From positions 1-51,796 of the forward strand of contig JAUIIM010000005.1 of the NCBI GenBank assembly GCA_030431785.1: a stretch of DNA of 51,796 nt, read 5' to 3'. The position numbers were made by a program, and so were the translations under genes. The notes below the pieces were generated by a model. It was given only the letters and a program-made list of their open reading frames with translations. It had not been told where the DNA came from and did no database searches. Below, piece by piece: positions 1-10,033 of this stretch (positions are counted from its first letter, which is position 1; each line of letters begins with the position of its first letter). This DNA is from Acidimicrobiia bacterium. Its GTDB lineage: Bacteria; Actinomycetota; Acidimicrobiia; Spongiisociales; UBA5794.

Positions 1-1390
1 TGGTCGGGACGTCGGTCGGGTAGTCGCCGGTGAGGCACGCTGTGCAGAATGGATCTGCGGTAGCCCCGGTCGCCGAGATCAGGTTGTCGAGATCGAGGTA
101 CACGATCGAGTCGACGCCGAGATGGTTCGCCACTTCTTCCACACTGCGACCGGCGGCCAGCAAGGTCGATTGGTCGCCGGTGTCCATTCCGTAGAAGCAC
201 GGCCATCGATAAGGGGGTGATGAGATACGTAGGTGGACCTCGCGAGCGCCCGCCTCCCGAAGCATGGTCACGAGCTGCTTCGTGGTCGACCCTCGAACGA
301 TCGAGTCGTCCACGAGCACGACCCGTTGTCCTTCGATGACGCCGGGCATCGCGTTGAGCTTCATGCGTACCCCGCGTTCACGCATCGATTGGGCGGGTTG
401 GATGAACGTCCGTCCGACGTATCGGTTCTTGACGAGCCCGTCGACATAGGGGATGCCCGAAACCGCGGCGAATCCCTGCGCTGCGGGAATCCCCGATTCG
501 GGCACCGGTACCGTGATGTCTGCCTCCACGGGCGCCTGGGATGCGAGAAGGCGCCCCATGCGTTGGCGCGTCGTATGGATGGTCTGCCCGAGGAGTGTCG
601 AATCCGGCCGCGCGAAGTAGACGAACTCGAAGATGCAGAGTTTCGAGGCAGCCTCGGCGAATGGGAAGGTCGAACGCACGCCGTCGTCGTCGACGACCAC
701 CATCTCTCCAGCGGCGATCTGACGCACGAACTCGGCACCGAGGATGTCGAGGGCGGCGGTTTCGGATGCGATGATCCATGATTCGTCGAGCCTTCCGAGG
801 CACAGCGGTCGGAACCCGTGTGGGTCCCTGACGCCTACGAGAGTGGAGCGGTCCATCACGGTCAATGAGAACGCACCCTCGAACGTCGGCAGGACCTCAG
901 CGAGCGCCTCGTCGAGGCGCAACCCGCGTTCGGACATCGCCGCTGCGATGGTGTCGGTCATCAACTCCGAGTCTGTGGTCGCACGATCGGCGTTTGCCGT
1001 CTTTGCGAGGTCGGCAGTGTTCGTCAGGTTTCCGTTGTGCGCCAGGGCGATGCCGTTCGAGCCGAGATGCCGGAACACCGGTTGCGAGTTCTCCCAGCTG
1101 TTCGAACCGGTCGTTGAGTATCGGGTGTGCCCGATCGCCAGTGAACCTGGTAGTCCGGCGAGGGTGGACTCGTCGAACACCTGCGCAACGAGCCCGAGGT
1201 CCTTGTAGATCGTGAGGTTCTCTCCGTCGCTCACCGAGATACCTGCACTCTCCTGCCCTCGGTGTTGGAGAGCGAAGAGACCGAAGTAGGTGAGGCGTGC
1301 CGCGTCGATGTCGTGGCCGTACACCCCGAAGACCCCACAGGCTTCGCCCGGTCGGTCGAACGTTGGCGTCGGGAGCGGCTCGTCGATCAC
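1..1390 (-). CDS. purF: Amidophosphoribosyltransferase (3' end runs off window)
   Basis: Manual translation from GTG at 1390: MIDEPLPTPTFDRPGEACGVFGVYG (propeptide then catalytic Cys); near the C-terminus FCTACLTGDYP; lies in the pur cluster. Absent from the ORF track because there is no stop in the window. Confidence 0.95.
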   Translation of the reverse strand, partial: MIDEPLPTPTFDRPGEACGVFGVYGHDIDAARLTYFGLFALQHRGQESAGISVSDGENLTIYKDLGLVAQVFDESTLAGLPGSLAIGHTRYSTTGSNSWENSQPVFRHLGSNGIALAHNGNLTNTADLAKTANADRATTDSELMTDTIAAAMSERGLRLDEALAEVLPTFEGAFSLTVMDRSTLVGVRDPHGFRPLCLGRLDESWIIASETAALDILGAEFVRQIAAGEMVVVDDDGVRSTFPFAEAASKLCIFEFVYFARPDSTLLGQTIHTTRQRMGRLLASQAPVEADITVPVPESGIPAAQGFAAVSGIPYVDGLVKNRYVGRTFIQPAQSMRERGVRMKLNAMPGVIEGQRVVLVDDSIVRGSTTKQLVTMLREAGAREVHLRISSPPYRWPCFYGMDTGDQSTLLAAGRSVEEVANHLGVDSIVYLDLDNLISATGATADPFCTACLTGDYPTDVPT

Positions 1391-1404
1391 GAGTGCGAGT
1401 GTAC
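1388..1404 (-). promoter_or_regulatory. Putative leaderless promoter of purF (-10 TACACT, 7 nt, GTG)
   Basis: Minus strand reads GTACACTCGCACTCGTG with no Shine-Dalgarno sequence; a near-identical motif precedes purC. Confidence 0.55.
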
Positions 1405-1421
1405 CGCGCTCGTGCACCGCG

Positions 1422-2285
1422 TCATATGACGATGAACGAAACCGCGACGATGACGGCGATCAAGGCGAGACCGAGCACGGTGCGGATGGTCCTGGCGTTG
1501 GGGCGTCCGACCGCAAACGCCGACCACGCTGCAGCAAGCACTACGCCACCAGTGAACCCGCCGGCATGTCCGAGCCAATCGATTCCGGGGACGAGGAACG
1601 GGAGTGCCATGTTGATCAGCATCAACACCGCGAGTTGGTTGAACATGGCACGTCCACCGGGTGAGTGCCGCATCCGCCAGGCGACGAACATCCAGGCACC
1701 GAACAGCCCGAAGATCGCACCCGAGGCTCCGACTGCCCAGCCCCCATCGCCGCCGAACGCCATCGAGGCGAGTCCGCCGGCGGCCGCCGAGGCCGCGTAC
1801 ATCGTTGCGAACGCAGCGCTGCCGACCTGTTGTTCCAGCCTTGGCCCGAACAGCCACAGGGCATACATGTTGAACAGGATGTGCATCAATCCGCCATGGA
1901 CGAGAGCGACTGTGAAGATCCGATAGACATCCGGTGTCACGATCTCGCCCCCGATGATCGCCCCGGGTGGGCGGACGAGGGAGAGTGTCTGGTACATCGT
2001 GCGTTCGAGTTCCGGGGACAGATAGCCAACAGCGAAGATCGCCGATGTCACGGCGATGATCCCGATGGAGACCGGTGCGGTCGCAAACGAGGGTCGGGCG
2101 AAGCTGGCGCGTGCCTGGACTACACGAGCACGTCCGTCGATTCGCGCACAGTCGGGACACTTCTGGCCGACTGCGGCATCGTGGGAGCATTCCACACAGA
2201 TCGGTTTCTCGCACGTCGTGCATGACAAACCCGTGATCCTGTCGGGATGGCGGTAGCAGACGGGCGTCGTGGTGGAGTCGGACAT
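1422..2285 (-). CDS. Rhomboid intramembrane serine protease with N-terminal Zn-finger
   Basis: CYRHP..CxxC..ICxxC..CPDC N-terminus; HILFNM, GASGAIFG and GHAGG rhomboid motifs. Confidence 0.93.
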   Translation of the reverse strand: MSDSTTTPVCYRHPDRITGLSCTTCEKPICVECSHDAAVGQKCPDCARIDGRARVVQARASFARPSFATAPVSIGIIAVTSAIFAVGYLSPELERTMYQTLSLVRPPGAIIGGEIVTPDVYRIFTVALVHGGLMHILFNMYALWLFGPRLEQQVGSAAFATMYAASAAAGGLASMAFGGDGGWAVGASGAIFGLFGAWMFVAWRMRHSPGGRAMFNQLAVLMLINMALPFLVPGIDWLGHAGGFTGGVVLAAAWSAFAVGRPNARTIRTVLGLALIAVIVAVSFIVI

Positions 2286-2353
2286 GGCTCGTAACGGTAG
2301 CGAGGTCCCGAAGTTCGCTCGGAGACCGAACGAGGAGCAAGGTGAAGGTAGAA

Positions 2354-2414
2354 GGACGATTGTCGGATTGTCGGAACGAGGAGTCAGAAAGCAAGGAGCC
2401 AGGCGCGAGGAGCC
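2354..2414. repeat. Composite short tandem repeat: 8-mer GATTGTCG x2 followed by degenerate 7-mers of AGCCAGG type
   Basis: ggacgattgtcggattgtcgga then ...caaggag ccaggcg cgaggag; same motif order as 4557-4620. Confidence 0.6.
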
Positions 2415-2481
2415 CCATTAACAAATGCTCAACAGGCGGTGGGGGCGTCCCGGTATTCGGATCGGCCCGTACGCTTCTTCT

Positions 2482-3957
2482 ATGTCCCGTCGGATCGTGA
2501 AGCTCGTGGCTGTGCTGACCATGACCGCCGCTGCGTGTACGACCGGATCGACGACTTCAACCACCACAGCGGCTCCGTCGTCCCCCGACACCTCCGTGGT
2601 CGCCGTCGACGGGATCGCGATCCGTCCCGCCGAGAGCGCGGCTCTCCGGAACCAGGTCGGATACCAGTTCCCGCCGGCGCCGGGTCATCCGACCGGACCG
2701 CCCTCGGACGCCCTCGTCGAGCATCTTGACACCCTGTTCGGCGGGCTGGCCGCCGGACTCGGTGTCGACTTCGAATCGATCGTTGGTATCGAGCAGGCCG
2801 GCGACGCCCGGGCAGCTTGGCCCCTGTCGGATCTTCTTCGGGTGCTTGGCCCGAGCCGCGAGCGGAACCGGGCGATCGAAGCGGTGGCGTCTCTGACCGG
2901 TGCCAATCTCTACGAGGATCCCGTGACGAGCCGCAGCCTCACACAGTCGATGGTCGACCACTTGATCGCGTGGAATATTCCCGCTCTCGACGGATACGAG
3001 AGGTGGAAGCAACAGCTCCTGCTCCTCATCGAACCCCGGTGGCGGGACCTCTTCGCCGACCCGGAGGCCGCGATCGACTGGCGTTACCTCAACTGGGGAG
3101 GTGTGTTGATCGACGACCGTCCGCTCGGCACTCCGGTCGGGTGCTCTCTGGGATGCATCCCTGCACTCGACGACCCTGAGGTCACCGACGCAGCAGGGGG
3201 AGACTGGTACGACGACGACGGCATCGTGTTTGGTGTGACGGTCGCAGGCGAATCGCGCGCGTATCCGAAGCACATCATGGAGATCCACGAGATGGTCAAC
3301 GACACGCTCGGGGGTCGGCGTCTTGGGATCCCATATTGCACCCTCTGCGGGAGTGCTCAGGCCTACCTGACCGACTCGGTGCCCGAAGACGTCGAGGTGC
3401 CTGTGTTGCGAACGTCGGGGCTCCTCTCTCGGTCGAACAAGGTCATGTACGACTTGAACAGCAAGTCCGTGTTCGACACGTTCACGGGAACGGCGGTCGC
3501 CGGACCTCTACGAGAGCAGGACGTGACACTTGAGCAGGTCTCCGTGGTCACCTCTACCTGGCGTGAGTGGAAGGCTGCCCATCCCGACACGACCATCGTC
3601 GCCGAGGATGGTGGCATCGGACGGGTCTACGACCTGGATCCGCTTGGGGGCCGGGATGACAACGGCCCGATCTTCCCCGTGGGAGACGTCGATCAGAGGC
3701 TCGCAACCCAAACCCGGGTGTTCGGTGTGTTCGCGGACGATGGAACCCCGATCGCCTTTCCGGTGGTCGAAGCGCGGGGGACGATCGATGCCGGTGGCAG
3801 TGTTGCTCTGATGGGGATCGAACTGATTCCCGACGGTTCGGGTGTTCGGGCCAGGAGCACGGACGGCGACCCCGTCGTCGGCCATGAGTCCTTCTGGTTC
3901 GCCTGGAGTCAGTTCCACCCGGACACGATCGTCTGGGCACCGAGGTCAGATTCCTGA
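2482..3957 (+). CDS. DUF3179-family lipoprotein
   Basis: Lipobox TAAAC and Thr-rich linker; IPALDDP, RAYP..I..HEMVND, YCTLCGS, FWFAWSQFHPDT motifs. Start 2482 chosen from TACGCT-6nt-ATG. Confidence 0.85.
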   Translation: MSRRIVKLVAVLTMTAAACTTGSTTSTTTAAPSSPDTSVVAVDGIAIRPAESAALRNQVGYQFPPAPGHPTGPPSDALVEHLDTLFGGLAAGLGVDFESIVGIEQAGDARAAWPLSDLLRVLGPSRERNRAIEAVASLTGANLYEDPVTSRSLTQSMVDHLIAWNIPALDGYERWKQQLLLLIEPRWRDLFADPEAAIDWRYLNWGGVLIDDRPLGTPVGCSLGCIPALDDPEVTDAAGGDWYDDDGIVFGVTVAGESRAYPKHIMEIHEMVNDTLGGRRLGIPYCTLCGSAQAYLTDSVPEDVEVPVLRTSGLLSRSNKVMYDLNSKSVFDTFTGTAVAGPLREQDVTLEQVSVVTSTWREWKAAHPDTTIVAEDGGIGRVYDLDPLGGRDDNGPIFPVGDVDQRLATQTRVFGVFADDGTPIAFPVVEARGTIDAGGSVALMGIELIPDGSGVRARSTDGDPVVGHESFWFAWSQFHPDTIVWAPRSDS

Positions 3958-4014
3958 TCGCAGAGGCGGACGGGCGATTACCAGTCGTGAGTCAGTTGCC
4001 GATCGATGAGCCAA

Positions 4015-4503
4015 CTAGAACACCCAGCGGGTGGCGCTTGAGCCGAAGCGTTCGGGTGATTCGATCAGCCCGAACGCCTTGACCGGGGTCACCTCGAAGA
4101 ACGCCCCTTGCAGCATGAAGGAGGCGAGTTCGGTGCGTTTGCCCGGGTCGTCCTCGTAGCGGGCAGCCCAAGCATCGGCGACGTCCTGCCGGCCTTCGAC
4201 CTGTGCCGCGGTCCCTTCGATCGAAACGACGTTGACGGTGTCCTCGCCCGTGACCACGACGTTCGGGTTCTGCTCGATGTTGCGGACCTTCAGCGCCGAC
4301 GGTGCGGTGGAGAACCAGAACCGGTCGTCGAACCAGACCCCCCACACAGGCGTTGCGTGTGGCCGACCGTCTGGATCGACTGTCACGACCCAGTAGTTCT
4401 TGGAGGCATGGAGCTGTTCCTCCGCCCACGACCACGGAAGTGCACCGTCGAGTTCGTCGGGTACACCGTACTCGGCCATCGCGGGTCGCTGGATCTCAGG
4501 CAT
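4015..4503 (-). CDS. Pyridoxamine 5'-phosphate oxidase-like (split-barrel flavin/F420-binding) protein
   Basis: NYWVVTVDPDGRPHATPVWGVW and KVRNIEQNPNV motifs; TAGTCT-6nt-ATG. Confidence 0.85.
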   Translation of the reverse strand: MPEIQRPAMAEYGVPDELDGALPWSWAEEQLHASKNYWVVTVDPDGRPHATPVWGVWFDDRFWFSTAPSALKVRNIEQNPNVVVTGEDTVNVVSIEGTAAQVEGRQDVADAWAARYEDDPGKRTELASFMLQGAFFEVTPVKAFGLIESPERFGSSATRWVF

Positions 4504-4556
4504 GGCACGAGACTACCGAACGGGACAGGGGACGTGGTAGAGGACCGAAGTGTGTC

Positions 4557-4651
4557 CGGATCATCGGATAGTCGGATTGTCGGATTGTCGGCCAGCAGCC
4601 GGGAGCCAGTAGCCAGTAGCTTGCGCCTACACGCCTACACGCCTACACGCC
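4557..4651. repeat. Three abutting tandem arrays: CGGATTGT-type 8-mer x4, CCAGTAG-type 7-mer x4, ACGCCTAC 8-mer x3.5
   Basis: Read directly: cggatcat cggatagt cggattgt cggattgt / ccagcag ccgggag ccagtag ccagtag / gcgcctac acgcctac acgcctac acgcc. Confidence 0.9.
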
Positions 4652-6030
4652 CCCCGGGCCTGCTGGAAGGCGAAGGCGGCTCGCAGGACGTCGACGTCGG
4701 CGTGGTGGCGGCCGACGATCTGGAGACCGACGGGAAGACCGTCGGGGGTGAAGCCTGCCGGGACCGAGATGGCGGGCAGCTCGCACTCGGAGATGTAGTA
4801 GCACGTGGCGAACCAGCTGGTGTAGTTCTCCATCGCGACGCCATTGATTTCGGTCGGGTACTCCTGGTCGATCGGGAACGGCAGCACCGCGGAGGTCGGG
4901 ATCGCAAGGAAACGATGCTCGTCGAGAAAGGCCATGACACGCTGGCGCAGCCGCGTCTTTGCATTCGCCGCCTTTCCGATGTCGGCTGCAGTCAGCGTGA
5001 GGCCATACTCGGTGTTCCAGCGGATGGTGTCCTTGTAGTGCTCCGGATGACGGTCGATGACGTCGCCGAACTCCTTGGCGTAGTAGTACCCACGGAACAC
5101 TTTGAAGGCTTCCTCGGCACCACGGAAGTCCGGAGACGCATCGCGAACATCGAAGCCGATGGACCGGAGAACGTCCCTTGCCGGTTGCAGTGCCTCCGTC
5201 ACGGTAGGTTCGATGGGCAGGCCACCGAGGTCATCCGACCACGCGATCGGTACGCCCGTCCAGTCCGCTGCGAGAGGTGTCGCAAACACGCTTTCGGATT
5301 CTTCGATCGAGATCGGGATGCGCTCATCGGGGCCAGCGCAGGCGGCCATGAAAAGGGCGACGTCCTCGACCGACCGTGCCATGGGGCCGTGTACCGAATG
5401 CGTCCACCAGGCGTCCCTGCTGGGCCACGTCGGGATGCGTCCCGGGGAGGGGCGGAACCCCACCGTGCTCGTGAACGACGCCGGATTGCGAAGGGAGGCT
5501 CCGTAGTCCGATCCATCGGCGAGGGCGACCATTCCCGTCGCCACCGCAACGGCAGCTCCGCCGCTCGATCCTCCGGGGGTCAGGTTCCGATCCCACGGGT
5601 TCCGAGTGACCCCGAACACTTCGTTGAACGTCTGGGACCCCGCTCCGTGCTGCGGAGTATTCGTCTTTCCAACGGTGACCGCACCTGCCTGCTGCATCCG
5701 CTCGACGATGAGGGTGTTCCTCGTCGGGACATGGTCTGCGTACACCGGCGACCCGAACGTGGTGCGGATTCCTTTGGTCTCGTGGAGATCTTTGTGTGCA
5801 ACGGGTAGCCCAGTGAGGAGTGGGATGTCGCCGCCGCGAGCGAGCCGTTCATCGGCAGCCTGCGCCATCTCATGCGCGACTTCAGGTACGAGCGTGACGA
5901 TCGCGTTGAGGTCGTCGTTCACCTCGTCGATTCGCGCAAGATGCAGATCGAGCAGTTCCACTGCAGAGATCTCACGCCGCCGGAGCATGGCCGCCTGGTC
6001 GACAGCTCTTAGGTCAACGATGTCCGTCAT
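4627..6030 (-). CDS. Amidase (amidase-signature family)
   Basis: GLPVAHKD, GKTNTP, TPGGSSGGAA and GSDYGASLRNPA (Ser-cisSer-Lys triad region). Confidence 0.93.
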   Translation of the reverse strand: MTDIVDLRAVDQAAMLRRREISAVELLDLHLARIDEVNDDLNAIVTLVPEVAHEMAQAADERLARGGDIPLLTGLPVAHKDLHETKGIRTTFGSPVYADHVPTRNTLIVERMQQAGAVTVGKTNTPQHGAGSQTFNEVFGVTRNPWDRNLTPGGSSGGAAVAVATGMVALADGSDYGASLRNPASFTSTVGFRPSPGRIPTWPSRDAWWTHSVHGPMARSVEDVALFMAACAGPDERIPISIEESESVFATPLAADWTGVPIAWSDDLGGLPIEPTVTEALQPARDVLRSIGFDVRDASPDFRGAEEAFKVFRGYYYAKEFGDVIDRHPEHYKDTIRWNTEYGLTLTAADIGKAANAKTRLRQRVMAFLDEHRFLAIPTSAVLPFPIDQEYPTEINGVAMENYTSWFATCYYISECELPAISVPAGFTPDGLPVGLQIVGRHHADVDVLRAAFAFQQARGACRRVGV

Positions 6031-6046
6031 GCGGCGAGTGTATGAA

Positions 6047-7861
6047 TCACTCGACGACGTCGTACTCGATCTCGTACCACTCGGGCCACGATGCGCTCTC
6101 CAGTGTCGTTACTCGGAACGCCGACATGGTCATCGGGGTGGACGGTCGCCATGTGAGGACGTCGCCGGTGGCGGTGAACGAACGGAACTCGTGCATCAAC
6201 ACCCACTCGCCGTCGACGAGCCCCTCGATCTGATGGGCGGTGTCACTCGGAGGGTTCTGGAAGACGACGAGGCGGATTTCCGACAGGGTGGTCGGCCCTT
6301 CGAAGTCGAGTTGGATCCAACCGGGCGCCTCCTCGCCGGACGACCAGAACGACTCGCCGGTCGCAACACGGTCGAAGGCGAGTTCCGGTCCGTGCGCGTC
6401 GCGACTGGCTGAGGCGCTCGCACCCGATTCTTCGGTCCCGGACCCCGCGCACAGAATCGGTGCATCCGGTGCACAGAACACAGGCTCGCCGTCGATGATC
6501 GTCGCCGCGACGCTGATGCCGAGCAGATGTTGGTGTGGGGTGGTCAGGGGGTTGGCCGACAGCACGATCAGGTCCGCTCGTTTCCCGACCGTCAACGAAC
6601 CGATCTCATCCTCCAAGCCGACCGCGTAGGCGGCGTTGATCGTCATCATCTGCATCGCCTGGTCGATCGTGACAGCCCCGGTCTCCATCCACGGTTCAGG
6701 TGTGCACGCAACCCCGTCGTCTCCCAATCTGTTGCGCGTCACCAAGCTGTAAAGGTCCGGTATGGCTCCATCGGGCGGCCATGCCGGGTCGTCGCTGTGC
6801 CAGGCAACGATGGTCCCGGGTGCCTCGTTCCAGACCGTGTTGGGGCGCTCGCCATACTGTTTGAAGAAGTCCGTCCATTCGAGGTCGTAGCAGGCTGGTG
6901 ACCCGCCGAACACGACGGGAACCACCCCGATGTCGGAGTATCGCCGTGCGCTTTCCGGGTTGAGGAACGTGTTGTGGTCGATCCGGTGGCGCAGGTCTGA
7001 CGTCGATTCCTCTAGAGCGATCTCATACGCGTCCAAGACCCGATCGATTGCAAGATCCCCCTGCGCATGGATGACCATCTGCAGAGACAGCGCATCGACC
7101 TCGGCGATCAACGCAGCAAGATCGGCCGTCTCCTGGAACGGAGGACCAATCGTCGCCTCGGGTGCCCAGGGTTGGCTTGCTGCGACGGCCCCGCATACGA
7201 AACTGCCGTCACCGAATACCTTGACCCCTTTCAGTTCGAGGCGATCGCTGATCGATCCCGGTTCCAGAGCCTTCCACCAATCGCCGTAGGGTGCCCCGCA
7301 CGGATCGGTGATGGTCACATACATCAGAAGGCGGACCTTGAGTTCGTCTGCTTCGGCGAGAGCTACGAACTCCCCGTACAGCTGTGGCTCGACTGAGGCG
7401 TCGCCGAGCGTCGTAATCCCTTGGGAGAGGACGCTCTGCTGGGCCCCGTCGAACGGTCCGGCATCAGACAGCGCATGGGAGTGCGGATCCACGAACCCCG
7501 GAGCGAGTGTCCGGCCGTCGAGGTCGATGACCTGCGTGGCGTCCCCGATGTACGCCTCCACCTCTGATCGGGGTCCGACGGCGATGATCCTTTCGCCTTT
7601 CACGGCGAGCGCTTCGGCTATGCCAACGGAAGGATCCATCGTCACGACCTCGCCACCGACGTAGACGGCGTCGGCGATGTCGCCAACAGGAGCTGCGGTG
7701 GTGGTCGTCGATGGGCCGGAGGTGCTCGATGTCGTGGTGTCGACGACCGACGTCGACGTCTCCGGCACCGAGGTCGTCCCCTCCGTGCTGGGGCTGCAGG
7801 CGGGAAGGAGAACTGCGGTGGCGAGCAGCGCTCCGATCCGGAGAGAGATCTTGCGTGTCAT
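6047..7861 (-). CDS. Lipoprotein metal-dependent amidohydrolase (YtcJ-like) with C-terminal discoidin/F5-8C-like domain
   Basis: Lipobox LLPAC; PGFVDPHSH, IHAQGD, RHRIDH, HSDDP and GKRADLIVL motifs; C-terminal LAFD..FWSS..PGWIQLDF..EIEY. Confidence 0.82.
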   Translation of the reverse strand: MTRKISLRIGALLATAVLLPACSPSTEGTTSVPETSTSVVDTTTSSTSGPSTTTTAAPVGDIADAVYVGGEVVTMDPSVGIAEALAVKGERIIAVGPRSEVEAYIGDATQVIDLDGRTLAPGFVDPHSHALSDAGPFDGAQQSVLSQGITTLGDASVEPQLYGEFVALAEADELKVRLLMYVTITDPCGAPYGDWWKALEPGSISDRLELKGVKVFGDGSFVCGAVAASQPWAPEATIGPPFQETADLAALIAEVDALSLQMVIHAQGDLAIDRVLDAYEIALEESTSDLRHRIDHNTFLNPESARRYSDIGVVPVVFGGSPACYDLEWTDFFKQYGERPNTVWNEAPGTIVAWHSDDPAWPPDGAIPDLYSLVTRNRLGDDGVACTPEPWMETGAVTIDQAMQMMTINAAYAVGLEDEIGSLTVGKRADLIVLSANPLTTPHQHLLGISVAATIIDGEPVFCAPDAPILCAGSGTEESGASASASRDAHGPELAFDRVATGESFWSSGEEAPGWIQLDFEGPTTLSEIRLVVFQNPPSDTAHQIEGLVDGEWVLMHEFRSFTATGDVLTWRPSTPMTMSAFRVTTLESASWPEWYEIEYDVVE

Positions 7862-7873
7862 CGATCGCCGACG

Positions 7874-10033
7874 CTAGTTCATCCGTCGAGGAAGAGCAGA
7901 ACTCCAGATGTGCGCTGCATCTGCAAGGGGGAGTGAGCCAAGGTCGCCGAAGTCGAGGTCAGCACCACCGACGGTTCCAATTCGGCGGCAGTTGACCGGG
8001 GTGATCGGTTCGTGGTGACTCACGACGATGGCGCGCAGTGGTGTCTCGTCGAACAACTCGTCGGCCGAGATGTCGTCGAGTATGACACCGATGCTGGACT
8101 TGATCGCGATCTCGGCCAGCGCCACCGCCAGGCCCCCTGTCGAAATGTCGTGCACCACCGGTGTCCCGCTGGAAGCCAGGTCCGCCACGGAGGTGATCAC
8201 TCGTCGCGCCGTGTCGCCGTCGACATCAGCGGGGCGACCCCGGAGGGAGCCATTGAGGATCCGGTCGAACGCCGAACCCGCCAGGTCACCCTCGGCTTCG
8301 GAACCGATCACCCAGATGCCCATGTCGTGCTCGGCTGCATCGAGTCTCGGCGGTTTCGTCGGGATGTCCTCCGTGAACCCGAGAACGCCTACCACCGGTG
8401 CCGGATAGATGTCGACGCCATCGGTCTGGTTGTAGAACGAAACGTTGCCACCGACCACCGGCAGGTCGAGTTCTTCACACGCCCACGCCATCCCATCGAC
8501 GGCCTCGATGAACTGCCACATGACCTCGGGGTTCTCCGGGTTGCCAAAGTTCAGGTTGTCGACGACCGCATACGGTCGCGTCCCCGTCACGGCGACGTTC
8601 ATCGCGCCTTCGAACACGATTCTCGCCCCACCACGCCGTGGGTCGAGGTAGGTACGGAATGCATCGCCATCGGTAGCGACGGCGAGTCCTTTCGTCGTCC
8701 CCTTGATCCGCATCAACGATCCGTCGTGCCCGGGTTCGACCACCGTGTTGAGGAACAGCATGTGGTCGTACTGCGACGAGATCCACGAGCGATCGCCGAT
8801 CGCGGGATCGTCCAGGAGTGTCCGTAGAGCGTCGACCACATCGACCTCATCGGGGATACTCGGCTCATCAGCCCAGACTTCGTCGAGATAGGAAGGACGT
8901 TCCGCCGGTCGGTCGTAGATCGGGGCATCGTCGGCCAGGGACGCTGCGGGCACCTCGGCGACGAGCTCCCCGTCGGAGAACACTCGCAACTCGGGACCTT
9001 GCGTCACCTCGCCGATGGTCCTGGCGTCGATCTCCCATTTCGATGCGAGGTCGAGGACCGCCTGTTCGTTCTCAGGTGCCACGATCGCGAGCATCCGCTC
9101 CTGCGACTCGGACATGAGGATCTCACCGGGAGTCATGCCTTGTTCGCGAACATGGACGTTGTCCAAGTCGACGTCCATCCCCATCCCGCCGTTCCCGGCC
9201 GTCTCGGAGGTCGCACAGGAGATACCGGCCGCACCGAGATCCTGGATCGCAACGACCAAACCCTCGTCGTACAGCTCGAGGCAGGCCTCGATGAGCTTCT
9301 TCTCCTCGAACGGGTCACCGACTTGGACGTTCGGTCGCTTGCCCTCGTCGCCCTCTTCGAACGACGCAGAGGCGAGGATGGAGGCTCCACCGATACCGTC
9401 GCGTCCGGTGGCGTTCCCGAGCAGGATCGCCTTGTTCCCTTCGCCCGAGGCGGCGGACAGAACGAGCTGTTCCTGCTTGAGGAGACCGAGTGCCATGACG
9501 TTGACGAGCGGGTTCTTCGAAAACCGATCGGCGAACTCGACTTCTCCGCCCAGTGTCGGGACACCGACGGCGTTGCCGTAGCCAGCGATACCGGAGACCA
9601 CCCCCTCCAGCAGGTAGCGATTGTGTGGGTCGTCGAGGGGGCCGAACCGCAAGGGGTCCCAGACTGCGACCGGTCGAGCCCCCATGGTGAACACGTCCCT
9701 GAGGATCCCCCCGACACCGGTCGCGGCGCCTTGATATGGCTCGACGAACGACGGATGGTTGTGACTCTCGATCCTGAGCGCTGCCAACCACCCGTCGCCG
9801 AGATCCACAACCCCGGCGTTCTCGCCCGGGCCGACGACGACCCATGGTTGGTCGGAGCCGAAACGGCCGAGGTGCTTGCGTGACGACTTGTAGGAACAAT
9901 GCTCCGACCACATGACGGAATACATCGCGAGTTCTGCCGGCCGGGGTTCGCGCCCGAGGATCTCACAGACGGAGTCATACTCCTCGTCCGTCATCCCGAG
10001 CTGGATGTGTGCCGGGGTTGCCTCGGTGGTCAT
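7874..10033 (-). CDS. purL: Phosphoribosylformylglycinamidine synthase subunit PurL
   Basis: [42 protein letters not shown] and GGNVSFYN motifs. Confidence 0.98.
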   Translation of the reverse strand: MTTEATPAHIQLGMTDEEYDSVCEILGREPRPAELAMYSVMWSEHCSYKSSRKHLGRFGSDQPWVVVGPGENAGVVDLGDGWLAALRIESHNHPSFVEPYQGAATGVGGILRDVFTMGARPVAVWDPLRFGPLDDPHNRYLLEGVVSGIAGYGNAVGVPTLGGEVEFADRFSKNPLVNVMALGLLKQEQLVLSAASGEGNKAILLGNATGRDGIGGASILASASFEEGDEGKRPNVQVGDPFEEKKLIEACLELYDEGLVVAIQDLGAAGISCATSETAGNGGMGMDVDLDNVHVREQGMTPGEILMSESQERMLAIVAPENEQAVLDLASKWEIDARTIGEVTQGPELRVFSDGELVAEVPAASLADDAPIYDRPAERPSYLDEVWADEPSIPDEVDVVDALRTLLDDPAIGDRSWISSQYDHMLFLNTVVEPGHDGSLMRIKGTTKGLAVATDGDAFRTYLDPRRGGARIVFEGAMNVAVTGTRPYAVVDNLNFGNPENPEVMWQFIEAVDGMAWACEELDLPVVGGNVSFYNQTDGVDIYPAPVVGVLGFTEDIPTKPPRLDAAEHDMGIWVIGSEAEGDLAGSAFDRILNGSLRGRPADVDGDTARRVITSVADLASSGTPVVHDISTGGLAVALAEIAIKSSIGVILDDISADELFDETPLRAIVVSHHEPITPVNCRRIGTVGGADLDFGDLGSLPLADAAHIWSSALPRRMN

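Noticed and set aside
1387-1425. purF start at the ATG overlapping the rhomboid stop
   Set aside because: That frame terminates at 1387; the PurF frame begins at GTG 1390.
2482-3957. Selenoprotein form of DUF3179
   Set aside because: The motif is CTLC with Cys codons and there is no in-frame TGA.
4108-5808. Long antisense ORFs (also 26749-28518, 44823-45704, 50117-50962 and others)
   Set aside because: Shadow frames of well-supported genes, expected in high-GC DNA.
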